From: a virus | Lineage: Duplodnaviria > Caudoviricetes | DNA: 50,381 nt | Direction: 5' to 3' (one strand) | Virus record (IMG/VR): IMGVR_UViG_3300046382_000018 | Span: 1 to 50,381 of that record | Shown: positions 26,941-34,422 of the stretch, in pieces | Layout of the letters: every line of letters starts with the position of its first letter | Position numbering within the stretch: the first letter of the stretch is position 1 | Notes under the pieces: generated by a model | What the model was told of the DNA's origin: nothing | The model's input: only the letters and a program-made list of their open reading frames with translations | The model's database searches: none | Program-made: the position numbers and the translations under genes

Positions 26941-27870
26941 ATGACAATGCCAAAGCAAGACCACAGCGTGGGCGTGATCGTCGGGCGTTTTCAAGTGCCC
27001 GAGCTACACAAGGCCCATGTCGAACTGATCAACATGGTCTGTAACAAACACGACAAGACCATCATCATCCTAGGGGTCTCGCCCCTGATGGTAACCCAGG
27101 AAAACCCGCTTGACTTCGAAGCACGCAAGCAGATGATCCTTTCGTACTACCCTGAGGTAAGTGTCGTTTACATCAAGGATATGAACGGGGATGACATCTG
27201 GAGTAAGAAGCTTGACTCCATCATCGTGGACCTGATTACTCCCTCCCAGAAGCCAATGCTTTACGGAGGTCGAGACAGCTTCATCGCTCGTTACGCAGGG
27301 AAATTTGATACCACGGAGCTAGAGCCCGAGGTCTACGAGCGCTACTCAGGCACCGAGATCCGCCGCGAGGTAGCCAGGGGTTCTACTAAGGCCAGCCCCG
27401 ACTTCCGCATGGGGGTTACGTGGGCAGCCCACTCCAGGTTTCCCACCAACTACGCCACCGTGGATATCATTATCCTTAACGAGGAGAGGGACAAAATGCT
27501 CCTCGCTCGCAAGGAAAATGAGATCAAACTCCGGTTCATCGGAGGCTTTGCGGACCCCCGCTCTGAGACCTACGAGCAGGACGCTCGTAGGGAGGTAGCG
27601 GAGGAGGCCCACATCGAAATCACTGATCCGGTTTACATTGGCTCGCTGAAGATCGATGACTGGCGCTATCGCAATGAGGTGGACAAGATCAAGAGCTTGA
27701 TCTTCGAAGCCAAGCACTTCTCCGGTTCACCCAAAGCTGACGATGATATCGTTGAGCTTCAATGGGTTGATGTATCGGTAATGCGGGAAGGCATTACAAA
27801 GGGTATTCTAATGCCCACCCATGAGCCTATTTTGCGGCTCTGGCAGCACAAAAACCAAGATCCGAGTTAA
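26941..27870 (+). CDS. Bifunctional NMN adenylyltransferase / Nudix hydrolase (NadM-Nudix)
   Basis: GRFQ..HKAH, ENPL, SGTEIR; Nudix box GGF..E....ARREVAEE. Confidence 0.9.
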   Translation: MTMPKQDHSVGVIVGRFQVPELHKAHVELINMVCNKHDKTIIILGVSPLMVTQENPLDFEARKQMILSYYPEVSVVYIKDMNGDDIWSKKLDSIIVDLITPSQKPMLYGGRDSFIARYAGKFDTTELEPEVYERYSGTEIRREVARGSTKASPDFRMGVTWAAHSRFPTNYATVDIIILNEERDKMLLARKENEIKLRFIGGFADPRSETYEQDARREVAEEAHIEITDPVYIGSLKIDDWRYRNEVDKIKSLIFEAKHFSGSPKADDDIVELQWVDVSVMREGITKGILMPTHEPILRLWQHKNQDPS

Positions 27871-27890
27871 TTGTTAAAGGATAAGGAAAA

Positions 27891-29351
27891 ATGCACACGA
27901 ATCTAATTCTGGCCACGGACAGCTACAAGCTGACCCACTGGAACCAATACCCCAAGGGCACCACCAGGGTTTACTCCTACTTGGAGAGCCGGGAGGGAGC
28001 CACGTACCCCTACACGGTCTTCTTCGGGCTCCAATCGATCCTGAAAAGATTCATGAGTGACCGGGATAACCCCGTCACGAGAGCCGACGTGAAGGAAGCA
28101 GATGAAATCGCTAAAGTTCACTTCGGTCGTGACCTCTTCAACCGTGAGGGTTGGGAATACCTAGCCGATAGGCGAGGGAAACTTCCCCTTGTCATCAAGG
28201 CCGTCCCCGAGGGCACTGTCGTGCCTACGGGTAACGTCCTGATGACGGTCGAAAACGTCGAGCCCGAGTGCTGGTGGCTGACCAACGCTATGGAGTCGCT
28301 ACTGACCCATGTCTGGTACCCCTGCACGGTGGCTACGCTGAGCCGTGTGACCAAGCAGCTAATTGCCGAATACCTCATGGACACTTCGGACGCAGGGCTC
28401 GCCCCGCTTCCCTTCATGCTCCATGACTTCGGCTACAGGGGTGCAAGCTCTCACGAAAGCGCAGCCATTGGTGGCGCAGCACATTTGGTGAACTTCAAAG
28501 GCACCGACACACTGCCCGCCATGCAGCTAGCCCTTCAGGACTACGCTGCTGACCTGGAGACTCTTGCCTTCAGCGTCCCGGCTACTGAGCACAGCGTCAT
28601 GACCTCCCTCGGGAGGGAGCACGAAGCAGATCAGGTAGAGCGCGCTCTCCAGGAGAACCCCGAAGGGATCCTCTCGGTGGTAGGCGACAGCTACAACATC
28701 TACGAGTTCGTGCAGCGAGTAGGAGGGCAGTTCAAGGCAGAGATCCTAGCTCGCGATGGCGTCTTCGTGGTCCGTCCTGATTCGGTGACTCGCGACCATC
28801 CCAATCCGGGGATGCTCGTGGCCTGGATCCTCAATCAGCTTTGGCACGACTTTGGAGGGGAAACTAACTCCAAAGGCTTCAAGGTTCTGGACCCCCACGT
28901 AAGGGTCCTATGGGGAGATGGCATCGACACCCGTGGCATCGAGAGGATCCTCGGTCGAGCGAAGCTTGAGGGCTTTAGCGCCGAGAACCTGGTCTTTGGC
29001 ATGGGCGGTGGTCTACTCCAGAAGGTCAACCGAGACACCCAGCGCTTCGCCTTCAAGTGCAGCGCCCAGGAACGAGATGGTGTCTGGCACGACATCTTCA
29101 AGGACCCCGTTGATTCAACCAAGAGGTCCAAGAAGGGTCGGCTAAAGCTCTGTCGGTCTTACAACGACGGATCCTTTTACACCCTTCCGTTGGATGCCGA
29201 GTGGGTACATGGTCCTGCCCCAAGTATACTCCCCGATAGCTCGGAGGATCTCCTAGAGACAGCCTATGCTCACGGGAGCATCTTCCGAGTAGAGAAGTTC
29301 GAGGATATTAGGAACCGCGCAGCGCTCCCCATGGAGCTAGTCGCGGCGTAG
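27891..29351 (+). CDS. nadV: Nicotinamide phosphoribosyltransferase
   Basis: TDSYKLTH, LHDFGYRG, PATEHS, VVRPDS, GDGI, FGMGG, SKKG. Confidence 0.92.
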   Translation: MHTNLILATDSYKLTHWNQYPKGTTRVYSYLESREGATYPYTVFFGLQSILKRFMSDRDNPVTRADVKEADEIAKVHFGRDLFNREGWEYLADRRGKLPLVIKAVPEGTVVPTGNVLMTVENVEPECWWLTNAMESLLTHVWYPCTVATLSRVTKQLIAEYLMDTSDAGLAPLPFMLHDFGYRGASSHESAAIGGAAHLVNFKGTDTLPAMQLALQDYAADLETLAFSVPATEHSVMTSLGREHEADQVERALQENPEGILSVVGDSYNIYEFVQRVGGQFKAEILARDGVFVVRPDSVTRDHPNPGMLVAWILNQLWHDFGGETNSKGFKVLDPHVRVLWGDGIDTRGIERILGRAKLEGFSAENLVFGMGGGLLQKVNRDTQRFAFKCSAQERDGVWHDIFKDPVDSTKRSKKGRLKLCRSYNDGSFYTLPLDAEWVHGPAPSILPDSSEDLLETAYAHGSIFRVEKFEDIRNRAALPMELVAA

Positions 29352-29430
29352 TTTAAACGGCCCAGGCACCCCTCTATGAGGCGGGAGCACCGCCGTATCG
29401 CCAGGTAAAGGCTTGGATAGCCTGGCACAT

Positions 29431-29503
29431 TGGTTGGTAGCTCAATTGGCAGAGCGCTCGGCTGTTAACCGAGAGGTTGTGGGTTCGAGTCCCACCCTTC
29501 CAG
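29431..29503 (+). tRNA. tRNA-Asn(GTT)
   Basis: Cloverleaf with two acceptor mismatches. Confidence 0.8.
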
Positions 29504-29743
29504 CTATGAGTAGGGTAGCTCCCTGCTCAGGACTGGCTGAAAAATCCCTCGTCAATGGGGGATAAGGCAACATCAGGCATTAACAAAGCATCTCTTCAAC
29601 GGGGAAGTCCCTGAGAGAATGGTGTGGCAGAGGCTTAGCGGCCCGAGCAGGTGTGCTTAGCGGCAACTGATGGGTACTCCTAGCAATTTCGATTAAAACC
29701 GACATTGACCTAGGGTTCAGGGTAGGCAATCCCTGGTCCACCC

Positions 29744-29815
29744 GGCGACGTGGCGGAGTGGCTACGCAACGGTCTGCAAAACCGTTTTACACCAGTTCGA
29801 ATCTGGTCGTCGCCT
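29744..29815 (+). tRNA. tRNA-Cys(GCA)
   Basis: Cloverleaf; U73. Confidence 0.9.
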
Positions 29816-29856
29816 TATGCAGGGTAGTTACCTGAAACATGGTTTGCCCTGCGCTG

Positions 29857-29944
29857 GGAAGGTGTCCGGATGGCACGAGGGGCTTGTCTTGAAAACAAGT
29901 AGGGCGCTTATGGCGTCTCCGGAGTTCGAATCTCCGACCTTCCG
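29857..29944 (+). tRNA. tRNA-Ser(TGA)
   Basis: Class II cloverleaf. Confidence 0.9.
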
Positions 29945-29945
29945 T

Positions 29946-30224
29946 ATGTTAAAGCTAAATCACCTATGCCCCTATTGCTTTGAAGGCTATGAGGTGGGCA
30001 CCGATCATCTTTATCAGTGTCCCCAGCTTCACGAGAGAATTCTAGATATCCATCCAAAGAAAAGAACTCGTAGAAGTGAACCCCTTGATGCGCTAACTCA
30101 TAGTGCTATAGTGGACGGCTGTAACTGCAAACACTGCATTGAGGTATTGGAATGGCAACAGCTAAAGCAAAGACTTATCTTGTCTGCTCATCAGACGGAA
30201 GCTGGCACCACGAGCCCATCCTAA
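29946..30224 (+). CDS. Hypothetical Cys/His protein
   Basis: ATG just after tRNA-Ser; CPYC..H..C and CNCKHC; the ORF-track start runs through the tRNA. Confidence 0.5.
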   Translation: MLKLNHLCPYCFEGYEVGTDHLYQCPQLHERILDIHPKKRTRRSEPLDALTHSAIVDGCNCKHCIEVLEWQQLKQRLILSAHQTEAGTTSPS

Positions 30225-30367
30225 CAGATGATCCTGAGAGCGCCGTTGAGCTTTCGGATACTGAGTGGAACAACGGCGAGTATATGGATACCGTATACAA
30301 GGTGTATGAGTTGGTCTCCGATAAGCCAGTCGAACTAAGGCCTAGGATCAGGCTGACTCCAGCATGA
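30152..30367 (+). CDS. Hypothetical protein
   Basis: 71 aa; GAGG RBS; coupled to Pth2. Confidence 0.6.
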   Translation: MATAKAKTYLVCSSDGSWHHEPILTDDPESAVELSDTEWNNGEYMDTVYKVYELVSDKPVELRPRIRLTPA

Positions 30368-30768
30368 ATCCGGTAATGTATATCTTCCTCAATCGAGGCC
30401 TCGGCATGACCGAAGGCAAGATTGGGGCTCAGTGCGGACACGCAGTGAGCAGGGCCGAGGCCCAGAGTAAGCCTCACCTCCATGCTGAATGGAAGAGGGG
30501 AATGCATGAAACCAAGCTCGTGATGCTGGCCGAGGATGAACAGCACATGCTTATCATCGAGCGCTACATCAGAGACCGAGGGTTTCATACAGAGTTGATC
30601 ATTGACGAGGGACGTACCGAGGTTAAACCCCATACGATCACCGCCATGGGTGTGGAGATCGTAGACAAGGATGACCCCCAGGTGCAGGCCACCTTCAGTG
30701 ACTTCAAGCTCTATAAAAAGAAGAAGGTACCGAAGAAGACTCCTTGGTACCGAAGAAAGGGAAGTTAA
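30364..30768 (+). CDS. Peptidyl-tRNA hydrolase, Pth2 family
   Basis: LGM..GKIGAQCGHA, TKLV, IDEGRTEV.P.TIT. Confidence 0.88.
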   Translation: MNPVMYIFLNRGLGMTEGKIGAQCGHAVSRAEAQSKPHLHAEWKRGMHETKLVMLAEDEQHMLIIERYIRDRGFHTELIIDEGRTEVKPHTITAMGVEIVDKDDPQVQATFSDFKLYKKKKVPKKTPWYRRKGS

Positions 30769-30969
30769 GTGTTTAAACGATCTCCCGAAGAGGATTTTGA
30801 TACCCCTTCGCAGCTAGCTACGGAGCTAGACGGTCACAAGAAAAGGTTCGAGACGGGACGACAGAACGTCCTCAGTCGGGCCACCCGCAAGGTCGCCCAT
30901 CTCTCTGAGCTTGAGAAGCAGACCATCAAGGAGCGCCAAGCTCACGAAGAGTTGCTTAAGGCTGCCTAG
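30769..30969 (+). CDS. Hypothetical protein
   Basis: 66-aa ORF abutting Pth2. Confidence 0.55.
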   Translation: MFKRSPEEDFDTPSQLATELDGHKKRFETGRQNVLSRATRKVAHLSELEKQTIKERQAHEELLKAA

Positions 30970-30980
30970 CGCAGCCAACT

Positions 30981-31065
30981 GGAAGGGAACCGATTGGCGA
31001 GGAGCCAAGCTGGAAACTTGGTAAGGGGTTCATGTCCCGAGTGGGTTCGATTCCCACCCCTTCCG
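30981..31065 (+). tRNA. tRNA-Ser(GGA)
   Basis: Class II cloverleaf. Confidence 0.85.
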
Positions 31066-31068
31066 CTG

Positions 31069-31150
31069 GGAACATAAGCGAATGGAAAGCGAGCCGTTTC
31101 GAAAGCGGTTGGGGTTAACGCCCTTGCAGGTTCGAGTCCTGTGTGTTCCG
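31069..31150 (+). tRNA. tRNA-Ser(CGA)
   Basis: Class II cloverleaf. Confidence 0.85.
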
Positions 31151-31151
31151 T

Positions 31152-31319
31152 ATGCAAGACACAAGAGGTACAACACTAGAGGTGGGCCAGGAGGTTGCGT
31201 ACAACCTCAGTGGCGAAGTAGTTAAGGGTCGTATCCTAAGCCTGGATGAAAAACCATCCAAGTATCATGCAGCTTGGGGTAGTACAGACCAGATCATTAA
31301 GGTTGAACTTCTACTCTGA
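31152..31319 (+). CDS. Short (probably truncated) ORF, 55 aa
   Basis: MQDTRGTTLEVGQEVAYNLSG...; stops inside a tRNA anticodon arm. Confidence 0.45.
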   Translation: MQDTRGTTLEVGQEVAYNLSGEVVKGRILSLDEKPSKYHAAWGSTDQIIKVELLL

Positions 31320-31356
31320 TAAGGTAGTCGTCCGAGTTCGATTCTCGGTATCCCTA
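31311..31356 (+). pseudogene. tRNA-Ile(GAT) 3' portion without a canonical 5' half
   Basis: CTACT-CTGATAA-GGTAG, T arm CCGAG-TTCGATT-CTCGG, then TATCCCTA. Confidence 0.65.
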
Positions 31357-31522
31357 TATGAAAATACCACCTGAGAAATGTGGAAAAGTAATAGGCCTGA
31401 TTGCTAGGTGCCAGCGCCCGGTGGGCCACGAAGGTGACCACTCGCAGTATTTCCTTAAGCTAACTGCTGAGGAAAAGGACGTAGAGGCTCCTCGCATGAA
31501 ATATGCGAAACAGTAGGTCTCT

Positions 31523-31562
31523 GAAAAAATTTTGGGCTACGCGCGCCCGAGATTAGTATAAT
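31523..31562 (+). promoter_or_regulatory. Repeated promoter-like element, copy 2
   Basis: Similar to 26881-26919; ends in TAGTATAAT. Confidence 0.5.
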
Positions 31563-31564
31563 TA

Positions 31565-31638
31565 GCCCTCGTATCCCAATTGGCAGAGGAAACGGATTCA
31601 AACCCCGTAAAGTGAGAGTTCGAATCTCTCCGAGGGTA
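31565..31638 (+). tRNA. tRNA-Leu(CAA), short variable arm
   Basis: Cloverleaf TT-CAA-AC; resembles (from recall) the actinobacterial short-arm Leu(CAA). Confidence 0.8.
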
Positions 31639-31658
31639 TGGTAGTATGCATTCAACGA

Positions 31659-31731
31659 TGCGGTGAGGTGGTCGGGTTGACCATCCTGGTCTCATAAGCC
31701 GGGGAGGAGGGTTCGAGTCCCTCCACCGCTA
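31659..31731 (+). tRNA. tRNA-Met(CAT), initiator-like
   Basis: CT-CAT-AA; 1:72 mismatch. Confidence 0.8.
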
Positions 31732-31732
31732 T

Positions 31733-31981
31733 ATGAAATACGTCAAAAAGACAAAGTATAAAGTCGAAATTGACTTTGACGGAAAATGGCGTATTAAGAT
31801 CGCTGAGAAGGAAACACACGATCAGCGAGAAGGTAGTTGGGTCTCCAAATGGGGAGATTACCGAAGCGGGACGGCTTCCACTGTGGAACAGGCCAAGGGC
31901 GAAATTGAGGAGATTCTGCTTGCCCTTAGAGAAATAAAACGCCACGAAGAGGAAAACGCCGACTACGAAGTTGAGATTTAA
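31733..31981 (+). CDS. Hypothetical protein
   Basis: 82-aa ORF starting just after a tRNA. Confidence 0.6.
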   Translation: MKYVKKTKYKVEIDFDGKWRIKIAEKETHDQREGSWVSKWGDYRSGTASTVEQAKGEIEEILLALREIKRHEEENADYEVEI

Positions 31982-32017
31982 CATGCCTCAGTAGGTGAAA
32001 GCTTGCTGAGGCCCCAT

Positions 32018-32090
32018 TCCGGGATCGTCCAATCGGCAGTGACGCTGCGCTCTGAACGCAGAAATCGAGGTTCGAGTCCTTGTCCCGGAG
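32018..32090 (+). tRNA. tRNA-Gln(CTG)
   Basis: Cloverleaf; U1-A72, G73. Confidence 0.9.
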
Positions 32091-32159
32091 CTAACGTCGC
32101 TTATGCATGAGCGGCTAGGTCAATCGGGGTTCGATTCCCATGGAAACGGTTGGCCGCTT

Positions 32160-32230
32160 TGGAGGGTCGTCTAATGGCAAGACAGCGGACTTTGAATCCG
32201 CGAATCGGGGTTCGAATCCCTGCCTTCCAG
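32160..32230 (+). tRNA. tRNA-Gln(TTG)
   Basis: Cloverleaf. Confidence 0.9.
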
Positions 32231-32231
32231 C

Positions 32232-32320
32232 TTGATGACAGTGAGGCTTTCGGCTACTTCGTTGACAAAAAGACCGTTATAGTGGTAGGCCACTTACCCC
32301 GAAACCGTTTTCTTCATCAA
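32232..32320 (+). ncRNA. Y-RNA-like unit 1
   Basis: TTGATGA/TCATCAA closing stem, AGTGA loop, bulged helix GGCTTTCGG/CCGAAACC, CTACTTC. Confidence 0.65.
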
Positions 32321-32325
32321 ACCTT

Positions 32326-32394
32326 TTGGGAAGTGAGATTTAGAGTTACTTCGCTCATAACGAAACCAAAACACTCTGGTCGATTTTCTCCCAA
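32326..32394 (+). ncRNA. Y-RNA-like unit 2
   Basis: TTGGGA/TCCCAA, AGTGA, GATTTAGAG/CTCTGGTC, TTACTTC. Confidence 0.65.
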
Positions 32395-32397
32395 TTA

Positions 32398-32486
32398 GCC
32401 CCTGTAGCAGAATTGGCATATGCGCTGGACTTAAAATCCGGGTCTTTGGCCTTAGAGCCTTGTGGGTTCGACTCCCACCAGGGGTA
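32398..32486 (+). tRNA. tRNA-Leu(TAA)
   Basis: Class II cloverleaf. Confidence 0.9.
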
Positions 32487-32487
32487 C

Positions 32488-32620
32488 TTCGAGTAGTGAG
32501 AATAAGAGTTACTTCGGCATAGAACCGGGTGATGCGGTGTTCGAGTCCCGTCTGCGGCCATTGGCTGCGGTAGTTTAATTGGCAAAACCCCTAACGTTCT
32601 CTTTTCGGTTTTCTCTCGAA
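32488..32620 (+). ncRNA. YrlA-like Y RNA (unit 3)
   Basis: Same closing module around a permuted tRNA domain: T arm (GTTCGAGTC), closed acceptor hairpin CTGCGGCC/GGCTGCGG, D arm TAGTTTAATTGGCAAAAC. Confidence 0.8.
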
Positions 32621-32624
32621 TTAA

Positions 32625-32750
32625 GCGCGAGTGATGAAAATCACATACGTTTGCAGGTATTCTTTGGTAACAATAGTGATGTTAAACGTTACTTCGGTAA
32701 ACATCCAGCCCACCCGGCTGGCCTTCTAGGTTCGAATCCTAGCTCGCGCA
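32625..32750 (+). ncRNA. tRNA-shaped RNA with the Y-RNA module inserted in the D-loop (unit 4)
   Basis: Acceptor GCGCGAG/CTCGCGC-A, T arm CTAGG-TTCGAAT-CCTAG, split D arm, permuted module. Confidence 0.75.
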
Positions 32751-32798
32751 CTGTAGTACAGCAAATACAATTCTCCTTGTGCGAAAGGAAGTGGAGTT

Positions 32799-34259
32799 AT
32801 GTCTAGATTCAATACAGTTTCCCCCGTTCGGGCATCTCGTGTGCCCGACACCAAGAACTTGGCTGGAGGCGATGCCTTTAGCCAGGACGCAAAGCTTGAG
32901 CTAGCTTCGCTGGTCACGACCAACATGGTAAGTGACCAGTATTACCGCTCAGCCGATGATGGTCTTCAGCGCATGCGTGAGCTAATCACGGAGGTTGACC
33001 CCCTCTATGCTGCCAAGGCAGCCGTGTACGCTCGTAATGAGGATGGAATTCGTTCTATCACTCATGCTGTCGCAGGCGAGCTTGCCCACGGGGTTAAGGG
33101 CGAGCAGTGGACCAAGCGTTTCTACGATGCCGTAGTTAGGCGTCCGGATGACGCTACTGAGATCCTTGCCTACTACCTCTCCAGGTATGGTAAGCCGGTC
33201 CCGAACTCTCTCAAGAAGGGCCTCGGCTCCTCTCTGGGTAAGTTCGACACCTACCAGCTTGCCAAGTACCGTGGCGACGGTAAGGCAGTCTCGTTGGTCG
33301 ATGTAGTCAACATCTGTCGTCCTCGTCCTACGGATAGGAACGGCGCTGCCCTTAAGGCTCTCGTGGAGGGAACTCTACGATCTGAGGGAACTTGGGAGAC
33401 CAAGGTCTCGCAGGCCGGAAAGGCAGAGGATGTCGAGGCTGCAAAGACCGAGGCATGGGCTGAGCTAATTCGCGAGCGCAAGATTGGCTACTTCGCCCTT
33501 CTTAGGAACCTCCGCAACATCGCAGAGCAGGCTCCCGAGCTTGTTCCCGAGGCTTGCGCGCTCCTAGAAGATGAGAAGCTAATCCGCAACTCTCTCGTGT
33601 TGCCATTTAGGTTCCTTACTGCCCTACGGCAGCTAAGTGCCTACCCCATCTACGCAGTTGCCATTTCTAACGCTTTGGACATCTCTCTTGCCAACGTCCC
33701 CGACTTTGGTAAGGCACTTGTCGCAATCGACGGATCTGGTTCCATGAGTGGAGCGGTGGCTGGCAACATGGAAATGTCGCGAAAGCTACTCGGTTCCTTG
33801 TTCGGCGCTGCGCTGTTCAAGAAGAATCACTCCGACGTGTTGGTTTTCGGAGATACGGCAGGTTTCGTCTCCGGACTTAACCCGACCGACTCTACGTTGA
33901 CCATCACTGAGCAGATTAATCGTGCCTGCTACGGCCACTCTACGAATTTCCACGCGATCTTCGAGAAGGCCCAGAAGGCTTACGATAACGTGATTATCTT
34001 CTCGGACATGCAGGCCTGGGTGGATCGAGGCTTCTACGGAAGCTCCTCGCCTATCCAGTCATTTGCCAACTACAAGGCTCGAACGGGTGCTAAGCCCAAC
34101 GTGTTCGCCTTCGACCTAGCGGGATATGGTACCGCCCAATTCCCTGCGCCGCAGGTGTATCAGTTGGCTGGCTTCTCGGATAAGTCCTTGGCGTTGATGG
34201 ATGACCTCAAGACCGATAAGCTCGCTTTGGTCCACAAGATCGAAGCAATCACGTTTTAA
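32799..34259 (+). CDS. rsr: Ro60/Rsr (TROVE + vWA) RNA-binding protein
   Basis: NLAGG.AF, AR..GIRS, YQLAKY, TWE, ALLRNLRN, LPFRF; MIDAS-like DGSGSM and SDMQ. Confidence 0.92.
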   Translation: MSRFNTVSPVRASRVPDTKNLAGGDAFSQDAKLELASLVTTNMVSDQYYRSADDGLQRMRELITEVDPLYAAKAAVYARNEDGIRSITHAVAGELAHGVKGEQWTKRFYDAVVRRPDDATEILAYYLSRYGKPVPNSLKKGLGSSLGKFDTYQLAKYRGDGKAVSLVDVVNICRPRPTDRNGAALKALVEGTLRSEGTWETKVSQAGKAEDVEAAKTEAWAELIRERKIGYFALLRNLRNIAEQAPELVPEACALLEDEKLIRNSLVLPFRFLTALRQLSAYPIYAVAISNALDISLANVPDFGKALVAIDGSGSMSGAVAGNMEMSRKLLGSLFGAALFKKNHSDVLVFGDTAGFVSGLNPTDSTLTITEQINRACYGHSTNFHAIFEKAQKAYDNVIIFSDMQAWVDRGFYGSSSPIQSFANYKARTGAKPNVFAFDLAGYGTAQFPAPQVYQLAGFSDKSLALMDDLKTDKLALVHKIEAITF

Positions 34260-34265
34260 CGCTTT

Positions 34266-34291
34266 GCGGGCTGTGCGTTTAAACAGCCCGC
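34266..34291 (+). terminator. Hairpin after Ro60
   Basis: GCGGGCTGT/ACAGCCCGC stem; no U tract. Confidence 0.4.
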
Positions 34292-34295
34292 ACAT

Positions 34296-34368
34296 GGTGG
34301 CCATAGTTTAACGGTTAGAACTTCGGGCTGTGATCCCGACAATGAGGGTTCGATTCCCTCTGGTCACC
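34296..34368 (+). tRNA. tRNA-His(GTG)
   Basis: Cloverleaf with G-1:C73. Confidence 0.9.
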
Positions 34369-34422
34369 CCTCAGATCATTGTCACTCCTTATTTCGAGGC
34401 CGAGTCCCCGACGTAAGAGGTG

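Noticed and set aside
31565-31638. TCA suppressor reading, or novelty of a short-arm Leu tRNA
   Set aside because: The symmetric register gives CAA, and short-arm Leu(CAA) is, from recall, known in Actinobacteria; ORFs use TGA and TAG as normal stops
32262-32283. TTGACA...TATAGT promoter inside Y unit 1
   Set aside because: The spacing is about 10 nt, far from 17
32232-32750. CRISPR-like repeat-spacer array
   Set aside because: The repeats are short and non-identical, covary as RNA helices, are irregularly spaced and sit by Ro60 rather than cas genes
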